Origin: an uncultured Gammaproteobacteria bacterium
GTDB taxonomy: Bacteria > Pseudomonadota > Gammaproteobacteria > UBA9214
Reading direction: 5' to 3'
Assembly: GCA_963773065.1 (NCBI GenBank)
Contig: CAVYZN010000014.1
Coordinates: 64,001-128,000 of the forward strand
DNA length: 64,000 nt
Numbering within the stretch: position 1 is the first letter of the stretch; the number at the start of each line of letters is the position of its first letter. Positions 22,219 through 31,870 of the stretch are shown in pieces. Under the pieces are notes generated by a model that saw only the letters and a program-made list of their open reading frames with translations, made no database searches and had not been told where the DNA came from. A program made the position numbers and the translations under genes.

Positions 22219-22358
22219 GCCGGGTAGGGTAGGTTAGGCACGCGCTTTTCGTGCCCCGGTGAAACCGGTCAACCCAGCAAGCTGCTGATGCAACCGCCCA
22301 ATCCCTCGGGGTTGGGCGGTTTTTTATGCCGCCTCAGGGTCAGGTCTTGAATTAACAC
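22216..22358 (+). repeat. Cassette trailer copy 2 with terminator (22292-22325)
   Basis: gtagggtaggttaggcacgcgcttttcgtgcccc; aaccgcccaatccctcggggttgggcggtttttt; gggtcaggtcttgaattaacac. Confidence 0.85.
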
Positions 22359-22459
22359 ATTCTTTAAACGAAAATCCGTTGCGGTGGCGGCGTGGAAATC
22401 CGCTCCGCGCGAAGCGAAGACCTTGTTGAAACTCCCTGCGTTACCTCTAATGCCCCGGC

Positions 22460-22732
22460 GCAATCAAGAAACGCGGACCGTGGCCGAACTCACCGCGCTC
22501 CACGTTGCCGGCCGGCGTCGGGGAAAACCCTTATGCCGGTTCGGGCAAGACCCAATATCTAAAACGATCCAACCCTCCTATAAAGTAAGGGTCAGCTCTC
22601 ACGTCTCAGTCCTCCGTCGCTCGCAAGCGATAAGTCGGCACGGTTTTGCTGAGGAGAGATGACGCGAGTGCTCAAGGGACTTGTAACCCTACTTGAAACA
22701 AATCATCACCCATCCTAACGAGGAGTAAGGAC
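22460..22732 (+). repeat. Cassette leader copy 4
   Basis: Near-identical to copy 1, including the 5' extension gcaatNaagaaacgcggaccg. Confidence 0.95.
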
Positions 22733-23308
22733 ATGAAACACACATTGATAAATCAAGCCAGGCGGGCCGGCATCGCGTTCGCGGCGGTGGCCGCCTTCTC
22801 GGCGCTCGGGACCGGCACCGCGCAGGCCGCGGCCTTTACCAGCGCCACTGTCACGCTCGACCGTTTCGGCAACCTCGAATGTACGCTCAGGGAGACGGGG
22901 CTCACCCCCGGTGGGCAGGTCAGATACGACTGCACATCGAATTATGTCGGTGTCCTGCAACAATGCATGTTAAAAAATAAGGCCGTGGGGAACAGCAAGC
23001 TGCTGATCTTCCAAGATATCAGTGGCGAAGAAGTAGAAAACTTCGATGTCAGTAGAAACGGGCAGGTCAGAACAGCAATCATTACGCAAATACCCGAATC
23101 TGAAAATAACGCACTACTCTGCACGGCACCCTCGGAGCTAACAACAACCGCCGTGAGGTGGTGCGGTAACTCGCTGGTGGATCTGACTAACAATCTCACG
23201 GGCGCTACGGTGGCTGAATTGTTCACGCAGCTAGTACCTAATGCCTCCGGCAGCGTACCTTCGTGCGCCGTCTTGGCGAATGGGCCCTTTGAGACACCGG
23301 GCGAATAA
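22733..23308 (+). CDS. Secreted six-cysteine protein, paralogue C
   Basis: Signal peptide MKHT...AQA; LECTLRETGL, YDC, QCMLKNK, LC, VRWCGNSLVDLTNNLTGAT, VPSC. Confidence 0.9.
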   Translation: MKHTLINQARRAGIAFAAVAAFSALGTGTAQAAAFTSATVTLDRFGNLECTLRETGLTPGGQVRYDCTSNYVGVLQQCMLKNKAVGNSKLLIFQDISGEEVENFDVSRNGQVRTAIITQIPESENNALLCTAPSELTTTAVRWCGNSLVDLTNNLTGATVAELFTQLVPNASGSVPSCAVLANGPFETPGE

Positions 23309-23421
23309 GCCAGGCAGGGTCGGCACGCGCGTTTCGTGGCCCGGCGAAACCGGATAATCCATTAACCTAATGCAACCGCTCAATCTCTCGGGGTTGGGCG
23401 GTTTTTTTTTGGGCAATGATT
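23306..23421 (+). repeat. Cassette trailer copy 3 with terminator (23374-23410)
   Basis: Similar to trailers 1 and 2. Confidence 0.8.
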
Positions 23422-23427
23422 TCGAGA

Positions 23428-23503
23428 AATGGGGACATTCTGGTTTACCAACCATGGTGCCAGCAGGCTGGGATGAATATCGAAAAACCAGAATGTCCCC
23501 ATT
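23428..23503. repeat. Perfect 19-bp inverted repeat, REP/MITE-like
   Basis: AATGGGGACATTCTGGTTT ... 38 bp ... AAACCAGAATGTCCCCATT. Confidence 0.8.
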
Positions 23504-23559
23504 ATTCCCGGATGAACGAAAAGATCAGCTAATCCGGGATGGAGGAGCAGGTATGAACA

Positions 23560-24246
23560 ATGCCAGATCAACCGATCCTAGTATGGCTTTCCGCTTTTCC
23601 TGCACTGGCGGCGATACAGGACGAGGCCTGGCTGGATGCGCTGCGCGCCGCCAAGGAAGTGCTGATGCCACCCCGGACGGTGGTGATCCGCCCGGGCGAT
23701 CCCTGTCAAAACTTTCTCCTGGTCACGCGGGGCACGGTGCGCGTCTATGAAAGCTCGGAATGCGGGCGTGAAATCGGGCTTTACCGGACCGGCGGCGGCG
23801 AACTCTGCATCCTGACGCTGACCAACCTGCTCGCCGGCACGGACTACGCCGCCGAAGCCGTGACCGAAGATGAAGTAGCCGCGGTTTTGATCCCCATGCT
23901 TTATTTCCAGAACGCCATGGCCCGGTCGGATGCCTTCCGCAACTTCATCATGGCCACGCTCGCGCGCCGCCTGAGCGACGTCATGCGGGTGGTGGAGCAG
24001 GTGACCTTCCAGCGTCTCGATCTGCGGCTCGCCTGCCTGCTCGGCCAGCTCTTCGAGCGCAACAGGTCGAACGCCATCTCGATGACTCACGAGGAGCTGG
24101 CGCGCGAACTGGGCACGACGCGCGTCGTGGTCAGCCGCATGCTCAAGGAGTTCGAGCGCATGGGTTGCATACGCCTGCAACGGGGCCAGATCGAGCTGTT
24201 GTCACCCGAGGCGCTGGCGCGATTGTCGCGCGACAGCGCCGCATGA
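23560..24246 (+). CDS. Crp/Fnr family transcriptional regulator
   Basis: cNMP-like domain (GTVRVYESSECGREIGLY...GELC) and HTH MTHEELARELGTTRVVVSRMLKEF. Confidence 0.92.
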   Translation: MPDQPILVWLSAFPALAAIQDEAWLDALRAAKEVLMPPRTVVIRPGDPCQNFLLVTRGTVRVYESSECGREIGLYRTGGGELCILTLTNLLAGTDYAAEAVTEDEVAAVLIPMLYFQNAMARSDAFRNFIMATLARRLSDVMRVVEQVTFQRLDLRLACLLGQLFERNRSNAISMTHEELARELGTTRVVVSRMLKEFERMGCIRLQRGQIELLSPEALARLSRDSAA

Positions 24247-24285
24247 CTTTTTTGCAGCGATGGCCATTGAATTAAAAACGACCTA

Positions 24286-24301
24286 TGTAACCTTTGTTGC
24301 A
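24286..24301 (+). promoter_or_regulatory. Putative Crp/Fnr-type box TGTAAC-N4-GTTGCA
   Basis: Near-palindrome centred about 30 bp upstream of a CATTAT/TATAAG -10-like element; a related box lies at 27435-27450. Confidence 0.5.
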
Positions 24302-24667
24302 GACACGACCGCAATATCTTCTGCATTATAAGCCCCGCTTAGTTGCATGAGTTCGTGACGCGCAAATCACGAACGCTTTTCCGCTGGAACCGCCGCAAAG
24401 ATAAGTTAGGCAGAATCTGCACCCAAGCCTAGGCCATGGTGTTTATCGGGATGCAAGGCTGGCGCAGGAGATAACACCATAATGAAAGCGGCAGAGTCGA
24501 TTGCACTATCCATCTTCATTATGCGGCAACCAGTAGGACCTGCGAGTAGGCGCATCGGCCTGCCGGTGTTTCACCTCGCCTCTGTTACCGCGGGCGGGTT
24601 TTTAACCCCGGCACAGGCAGCCGCCTGTGACGGATACCTAAATACACGACTAGGAGAAATTAGTTAT

Positions 24668-25446
24668 ATGAAGACGTTCAAGAAAACCGCGCTGGTTGCC
24701 TCGATCCTGGCGGCGACGCTCACCTTCGGTCAGGCTGGCCATGCCACGGCTGCCACAACACGGGACAAGGTTCCATAAAGCAGCTCACCGGCATAGACGA
24801 GATTACCACCACCTTCGTCACCAAATCGAAAATCACCGGGTCGCTTGAAAAAGACGCCAACGGCAATCTCGCCATGGATGCCAACGGCAACTTCAAGTTC
24901 AACTTTTCGGGCGACATCTACTATCCCATGACCAACCTCCAGAACGGCGAACTCAAATCACTCTACGGTCCCACGGGCACCGTCTCGGGTCAGGCCGCTT
25001 TCCCGCCTGCTTTCGCCGGCCTTGCCATCCAGATTTACGGTTGGCTTCAGAACGGCGCTGACCCTTCCCAGATGCCGGCCATCCCCGCGAAAATTGACTG
25101 GACCCTGAACGACATCACCATCGTCGAGGCCGGCACCACCTATAGGCCCATCCCTACCCCCGGTATGACACTGGAGGGACGCGCCTTCACGGGTCTCGGG
25201 CCGGTGGAAATCGGCCAGCTCTTGAACGGGTCCAACGGTCTCAGCATGAGCGTGCGCATGGGCGGTTGTTTCGCGGTGCAGGCGGTAAGCGGGCCGCATG
25301 CGGGTATGATCGGTACCTATTGCCTGAACAGCACCTTTACCTTCGATTTGTCGGGCATCAATCTGTCGAACCCGATGACCTCCACGCTCAATGGCACCGG
25401 CACTTCCAACTGCTGGACCGTGATTCACCAGCCGATGACGCCGTAA
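24668..25446 (+). CDS. Secreted hypothetical beta-rich protein (indel near 24760)
   Basis: RBS aggag; signal peptide MKTFKKTALVASILAATL...AGHA; continues in the 24874-25446 frame. Confidence 0.75.
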
Positions 25447-25465
25447 AGAGTTTTTGTCGGAACCG

Positions 25466-25562
25466 GAAGCCGGTGCCTTGGGTGCCGGCTTCCTTCGATT
25501 TCACCTCAATCCATAAAAAACCGCCGGGGCGGGTTGCAAGGCAAGCCCGATCCCCGGCGGTT
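25466..25562. terminator. Two hairpins between convergent genes
   Basis: ggaagccgg...ccggcttcc and aaaaaaccgccgggg...ccccggcggtt. Confidence 0.7.
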
Positions 25563-25619
25563 CAAGTTTTTACTACTTTGAATGCTTCCCGGTCCGTCTT
25601 ATCGCGCTTTGTAGCCCCA

Positions 25620-27083
25620 TCAAGGCACCACGTCGTACCGCGCCATCATAGCCATGTCCTCGTGCTCCAGATTATGGCAATGCAGTATGTAACGACCGGT
25701 GTAGTCGGAGAACTTCGCGATGATGCGCGCCGTACCCATCCTGGCCGGCACCACCACGATGTCCTTCCAGCCGGCGTGGGTCGCCGGCGGCGCCACGCCG
25801 TTGATGTCCAGGATCTGGAACTGCGTCTGGTGCAGATGGATCGGGTGATCCAGCATGGACTGGTTGGTGAATCGCCAGATTTCGGTGGTGTTCACCTTGG
25901 GGTTGGCGATCGAAACGTTCTCATTGAAGGGACTGCCGTTGATGGTCCACATCCCACCCATCATGCCCATACCACCCGTCAAGGTGAAATTGCGCGTCCG
26001 CACCGCGCTGGAGGGGTTGAGCTTGGTGAGCGGGCGCAACGTAGACGGCACCGCACTCGTATCGGTCGCCGTGGTGGTCACGTTGAACCGCATGAGGTTG
26101 TACACCGTGCTGGTGCTGCTCACCAGGGTATTGCGCAGCGTCACGTTCGAACCCACCGCGATGCCGGAGAAGTCGATCACGACGTCGGCGCGCTCGGCCG
26201 GGGCGAGCGTGATCGAGGTCACCGTCACCGGCGCGGGCAGCAAGCCGCCTTCCATGCCGAGCACCTTGAACGCCCCGCCGTTGCTCAACGCCAGGCGGTA
26301 AAAGCGCGAATTCGAACCGTTCAGGATACGGAAACGATACTTGCGCCTGGCGACGTTGAAGTACGGCTGGATCGCGCCATTGACCAGAGCGACATCGCCG
26401 GTCTCGCCGTTCATGGTTTTGTTATAAACCAGGCTGCCCGTGGAGTTGAAACGACGATCCTGGATCACCAGCGGGACTTCATGGTTTCCGGAAGGCAGAT
26501 TCAGCCCCTCCTCGACACTATCGGTCAACAGGTAAAACCCGGCCATGCCGTACCACACGTGCGGGCCGGTGACCATGTCGGTGTGATCGTGATACCACAG
26601 CGTTGCCGGAAGCTGGTTGTTGGGGTAGGTGTAGGTGCGGTTACTCCCGGGGTTGACGAAGTCGGTCGGAAAACCGTCGTCCGCCGAAGGCGTGTGGCCG
26701 CCGTGCAGATGGGTGACGATATTGCCCGTCGCCCCGCCCAGGGTCGTCGTCGGCAAGCCGTTATAGAAATTCACGACGGTTTGACGGCCGACACGCGCCT
26801 TGATCGTGGGACCGGGCGTCATGCCGTTGTAGCCGATGATGGGCGTGGATTTGCCGGGGATGATCGACGCCGTCGTCTGCGTGATCTGCATGTCGTAATA
26901 ATCCGCGGTCGAGGTGCTGCTCGTCGGGCTCAACACCGGCGGGATGCGCAACGGTTGGGTGAAAGACGCCACCCCGGAACTGTCGTTGCTCGCACCGAAC
27001 ACCTTCAGCGGCAATAACGCGCCGGAGGCACCCGCCGCGCCCAGTGCACTCAAAGCCTTCAATATTTCACGTCTTGTTGCCAT
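25620..27083 (-). CDS. Tat-exported multicopper oxidase (CueO/bilirubin oxidase/CotA-like)
   Basis: TRREIL twin-arginine signal; copper motifs HLHG, WYHDH, HPIHLH, HCHNLEHEDMAMM. Confidence 0.95.
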   Translation of the reverse strand: MATRREILKALSALGAAGASGALLPLKVFGASNDSSGVASFTQPLRIPPVLSPTSSTSTADYYDMQITQTTASIIPGKSTPIIGYNGMTPGPTIKARVGRQTVVNFYNGLPTTTLGGATGNIVTHLHGGHTPSADDGFPTDFVNPGSNRTYTYPNNQLPATLWYHDHTDMVTGPHVWYGMAGFYLLTDSVEEGLNLPSGNHEVPLVIQDRRFNSTGSLVYNKTMNGETGDVALVNGAIQPYFNVARRKYRFRILNGSNSRFYRLALSNGGAFKVLGMEGGLLPAPVTVTSITLAPAERADVVIDFSGIAVGSNVTLRNTLVSSTSTVYNLMRFNVTTTATDTSAVPSTLRPLTKLNPSSAVRTRNFTLTGGMGMMGGMWTINGSPFNENVSIANPKVNTTEIWRFTNQSMLDHPIHLHQTQFQILDINGVAPPATHAGWKDIVVVPARMGTARIIAKFSDYTGRYILHCHNLEHEDMAMMARYDVVP

Positions 27084-27122
27084 GATAGCTGTATCTCCTC
27101 ATTGAACACTCGTGGTTAATCT

Positions 27123-27422
27123 TCACTGCCGCGTCCCAACGAATCGAAGCAACGGGATGCGCGTGAAACTTATCTCAGTGCCGAAGTGCGCATCTTTCGG
27201 CGGTGCTACAGCATTTGCATCCGGCAGGCCGCCATGTGCCTGGGTTTCTCGCTTGGGACTGGAAGGCGATGAAGACATGCCTTCGGCTCGTATAACATCC
27301 GCAGCAAAATAAGGCGTCCACTGCGCCAGGCCAGATTGCATCGTGGCCGTGACTAGCACCAGGAGAAGCAGGTTGCGGATAATTCGGCGGATGACCCATT
27401 CTGTGACATTATCTGAGGGCAT
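27123..27422 (-). CDS. Small hypothetical protein with hydrophobic N-terminus
   Basis: LLLLVLVTA segment upstream of the oxidase; no recognisable family. Confidence 0.3.
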   Translation of the reverse strand: MPSDNVTEWVIRRIIRNLLLLVLVTATMQSGLAQWTPYFAADVIRAEGMSSSPSSPKRETQAHGGLPDANAVAPPKDAHFGTEISFTRIPLLRFVGTRQ

Positions 27423-27434
27423 TTTCCCTGCTTC

Positions 27435-27450
27435 AGCTACTTTTGTTACA
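27435..27450 (-). promoter_or_regulatory. Putative Crp/Fnr-type box TGTAAC-N4-GTAGCT
   Basis: On the minus strand, with GATAAT at 27413-27408, matching class II activator spacing. Confidence 0.45.
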
Positions 27451-27559
27451 TAGCGATATCTGCGCAGGCCGCGGCGCGCGGCGATCTCGACCTAGTGCCT
27501 CGTCTCCTGATGCATTACGGGGGTACGAATTGAGTAAACGCCGAACACGACGTTATTCG

Positions 27560-28291
27560 CTAAACGGGTGCCAAATCCGGGTCGAAACGCCAGGGTGACG
27601 GCGGCGGGGGCAGGGCGCATGCCGCGTGCAGAATGCGGATGAATTCCCTTCGGGGCAGGGGAGCGGCTCCAAGGCTTGCGAGATGCCGGGTATGGACCTG
27701 ACAATCTATCAAGGGGAAATTCCAGTGTTTTAATTGCCGTACCAGATGCGCCAGCGCGACCTTCGAGGCGTCGCTGGTGTGCGCAAACATCGACTCCCCG
27801 AAAAATATCCGGCCGACAGACACGCCGTACAGACCGCCCACAAGCCGGTGTTCCCGCCAGCACTCCACCGAGTGAGCATATCCCTGCCGGTGCAGTTCCA
27901 GGTAGGCCGTCGTCATCTCCGGGGTAATCCAGGTGCCGTTCGCGTTGTCACGAGGCCCGGCGCAATGGCTGATTACCGCCCCGAAAGCCTCGTCCAGGGT
28001 AACCGTGAACGCGTGTTGTCTCAGTGTTTTCCGCAGGCTGCGGGAGATGCGCAATGCCTCGGGCAGCAGGACGAGTCGCGGATCCGGAGACCACCACAGG
28101 ATGGGCTGGCCCGGGCCATACCAGGGGAAAATCCCATTTCCATAGGCATTGAGCATGCGGGACGTGGAAAGATCCCCGCCGATGGCAAGCAGGCCATTGG
28201 GTTCTTTCAGCGCCAGTTCCACATCCGGGAAAGCGACATCCGGACCGTCGGGATCCAGCCAGTAAGGGGCAGCGCCACGCAGCGTCGTCAT
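27560..28291 (-). CDS. aat: Leucyl/phenylalanyl-tRNA-protein transferase
   Basis: [39 protein letters not shown]. Confidence 0.97.
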   Translation of the reverse strand: MTTLRGAAPYWLDPDGPDVAFPDVELALKEPNGLLAIGGDLSTSRMLNAYGNGIFPWYGPGQPILWWSPDPRLVLLPEALRISRSLRKTLRQHAFTVTLDEAFGAVISHCAGPRDNANGTWITPEMTTAYLELHRQGYAHSVECWREHRLVGGLYGVSVGRIFFGESMFAHTSDASKVALAHLVRQLKHWNFPLIDCQVHTRHLASLGAAPLPRREFIRILHAACALPPPPSPWRFDPDLAPV

Positions 28292-28312
28292 GCGGCACGA
28301 TCCTCGAAGTCC

Positions 28313-29473
28313 TTACTCCGTAGCCGGGCTCCCTGCCGCGGATTCTCTATAGGGGGAACAACGCTGCATGGCGTCCCGATAGTCAAGCATCAGTTCATGC
28401 TCCCGGGCGAGAAACCGGGCGATCGCCTGGCGAAAGTGTGGGTCAGCTATCCAGTGCGCGGACCAGGTCAGGGTCGGCAGGAAGCCGCGACTGATCTTGT
28501 GCTCGCCCTGGGCGCCCGGCTCGAACAGGCCCAGCCGGTTATCGATGCAGTACTCGATACCCTGGTAATAACAGGTCTCGAAGTGCAGGCTGTGATATTG
28601 CCCCGCGCAGCCCCAGTGCCGGCCATAGAGCGCCGTGTCGCTGCGCAGGTTGATGGCGCCGGCAACCGCCTGCCGTCCCAGCCAGGCGAATACCAGCACG
28701 ATCTGCTCGCCCATACTCCGGCTGATATCGAGAAAGAATTCCAGCGACAGGGTCGGCATGCCGGCTTTCCTCTCGAAGGTGGAGCGGTAGAATTCGTGCA
28801 TGGTCAGCCACTGTGCCGCGCTGGCCTCATGGCCGTGGATAATTTCCATGCGGATGCCGGCCTCCTCGACGAAGCGCCGTTCGCGCCGGATCTTCTTGCG
28901 TTTGCGTGAACTCAGGCGGGTGAGGAAATCATCGAATGAGCGGTAACCCTCGTCATGCCAGTGAAAATGGCAGCCGGTGCGGCGCATGAAACCATGCCGG
29001 AGCAGGGTAGCCGTATCGTCAGTGTCGGTAAACAGCCAGTGCAGGGATGAGGAGTGCGTTTGCGCCGTCAGCGCCAACGCCTTGTCGATGAGCAGATCCC
29101 TGACCACGGTACGATCGGCATCGTCCCTGACCAGCAAACGCGCCCCGGTTACCGGGGTATACGGAATGGCGGAGACGAACTTCGGGTAATAGGGCTTGCC
29201 GTCGTGATGATAGGCATCGGCCCAGGACCAATCGAAGACGAATTCTCCGTAGGAATTGTCCTTGAGATATAGCGGTGCGACACCCGCCAGGCCACCGGCG
29301 TCATCGAATACGACGATGTGCTGCGGATACCAGCCGAAGGCCTCGCCGACACAGTGGTGGCGCTCGAGGGCCGCCAGGAACTCGTGGCGCAGGAACGGGT
29401 TGGCTATGCCGCTTACCCGGTTCCAGAGACTGCAGGGAATATCCTCCAGCCGATTGATGACCTCGGCGCGCAT
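28313..29473 (-). CDS. GNAT/FemAB-like protein (DUF482)
   Basis: SYGEFVFDWSWADAY, PYTPVTG, LYGRHWG, LHFETCYYQGIE, FEPGAQGEHK. Confidence 0.92.
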   Translation of the reverse strand: MRAEVINRLEDIPCSLWNRVSGIANPFLRHEFLAALERHHCVGEAFGWYPQHIVVFDDAGGLAGVAPLYLKDNSYGEFVFDWSWADAYHHDGKPYYPKFVSAIPYTPVTGARLLVRDDADRTVVRDLLIDKALALTAQTHSSSLHWLFTDTDDTATLLRHGFMRRTGCHFHWHDEGYRSFDDFLTRLSSRKRKKIRRERRFVEEAGIRMEIIHGHEASAAQWLTMHEFYRSTFERKAGMPTLSLEFFLDISRSMGEQIVLVFAWLGRQAVAGAINLRSDTALYGRHWGCAGQYHSLHFETCYYQGIEYCIDNRLGLFEPGAQGEHKISRGFLPTLTWSAHWIADPHFRQAIARFLAREHELMLDYRDAMQRCSPYRESAAGSPATE

Positions 29474-29600
29474 GCTCTCAGAATGCCGCTATTCCGGCCG
29501 GAATACAAAGGGGAATTTCATTGTCGGCGCGGGCATGCCAGACGGCGGAGTGCATCCGGCGAGGAATCCGCCCGGGAACCAGGCCCCGCCTGATGCTGCT

Positions 29601-30599
<999 letters not shown>

Positions 30600-30750
30600 T
30601 TAAATCGCTAGGGCCGTTGACAGGCTGGATTGGCATCGGATGGAGGTCGGCAAATTCTGCGGTTGCCGCCAACTGCGCGGAGCGGCTCAACAGGTCGCCT
30701 GAGTAGCCAGGGGTTATGGTACGTAAGTTGGATGTTGGGGTAAAGCAAGC

Positions 30751-31818
30751 ATGCGCATAGGGATACCACGTGAAATTAAATCCATGGAAGGGCGGGTTGC
30801 CCTGGTACCCGAAGCCTGCAGGCAGTTGCTGAATGCCGGTCATACCATCCTCATGGAACAGGGCGCCGGATTGTTATCCGGTTACAGCGACGAGAGTTAC
30901 GCCGCGCTCGGAGTCCGCCTCGTAGGAGCGGCGGCGGAAGTCTATGCAGGGGCGCAACTGATCCTCAAGGTAAAGGAACCCCAGGACGGTGAAGTGGCGC
31001 TGCTGAATAAAGAGCACCTGCTGTTTTCCTTTCTGCATCTGGCCGCGGAGCCGGAACTGGGCAGGCGGCTGCAAGCGATCGGTCTGACCGCCGTGGCATT
31101 TGAAACCGTCGAGGACGACACAGGCCGTCTGCCGTTGCTGGCGCCGATGAGTGATATCGCCGGGCGTATTGCCACCCAGGTTGGAACCTGTCTCCTGCAC
31201 CGGCCCCATGGCGGCAAGGGCCTGTTGCTGGGCGGTCTGCCGGCTGCCGAACGCGGGCGCGTGATCATCATCGGCGCCGGCACGGCCGGCGGCAATGCCG
31301 CCCTGCTCGCCGCCGCGCTCGGTGCGCAGGTGGTGGTCTTCGACGTGGACCGCGACCGGCTGGCGGCCATGTGCGCCCTGGGTAACAATGTGACTGGTTT
31401 GTATCCTTATGAACACGCGCTGGCAAACGAAGTGAGCCGGGCGGATCTCGTGATCGGAGCGGTGTTGCGCACGGGCGCCCGGGCGCCGCATGTGGTCACG
31501 CGGCAGATGGTCAGTCAAATGCAGGCCGGCAGCGTGGTGATCGATATCTCGGTCGACCAGGGTGGCTGCATGGAGACCACCCGACCGACCACGTACGAAA
31601 ACCCGACCTATGTTGAAGAAGGCATTATCCATTTCGCGGTCACGAATATGCCGGCGGCGGTGCCCAGAACCGCTTCACAGGCCCTGTCGGCTGTGCTGCT
31701 GCCCTATGTCCTCGCGCTCACCCGGCCTGACTGGAAATCCTGTAAGCCCTTGACCCGGGGGATCAATATCGAGGCGGGCAAGGTTGTACACCCGGCGCTG
31801 AAAGAAACGTTTGCCTGA
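30751..31818 (+). CDS. ald: Alanine dehydrogenase
   Basis: MRIGIPREIK...EGRVAL, LKVKEP, LLAPMSDIAGR, DISVDQGG, NMPAAVPRTAS. Confidence 0.92.
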   Translation: MRIGIPREIKSMEGRVALVPEACRQLLNAGHTILMEQGAGLLSGYSDESYAALGVRLVGAAAEVYAGAQLILKVKEPQDGEVALLNKEHLLFSFLHLAAEPELGRRLQAIGLTAVAFETVEDDTGRLPLLAPMSDIAGRIATQVGTCLLHRPHGGKGLLLGGLPAAERGRVIIIGAGTAGGNAALLAAALGAQVVVFDVDRDRLAAMCALGNNVTGLYPYEHALANEVSRADLVIGAVLRTGARAPHVVTRQMVSQMQAGSVVIDISVDQGGCMETTRPTTYENPTYVEEGIIHFAVTNMPAAVPRTASQALSAVLLPYVLALTRPDWKSCKPLTRGINIEAGKVVHPALKETFA

Positions 31819-31870
31819 GTGCGTAGAGACAATTAAATTAGCCGATTGGCACGCATAGTTATTGAAGAGG

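Noticed and set aside
17536-23421. Array interpreted as CRISPR, integron or diversity-generating retroelement
   Set aside because: Repeats are ~250 bp and precede whole genes; no cas, intI, recognisable attC or reverse transcriptase; variation is not adenine-specific.
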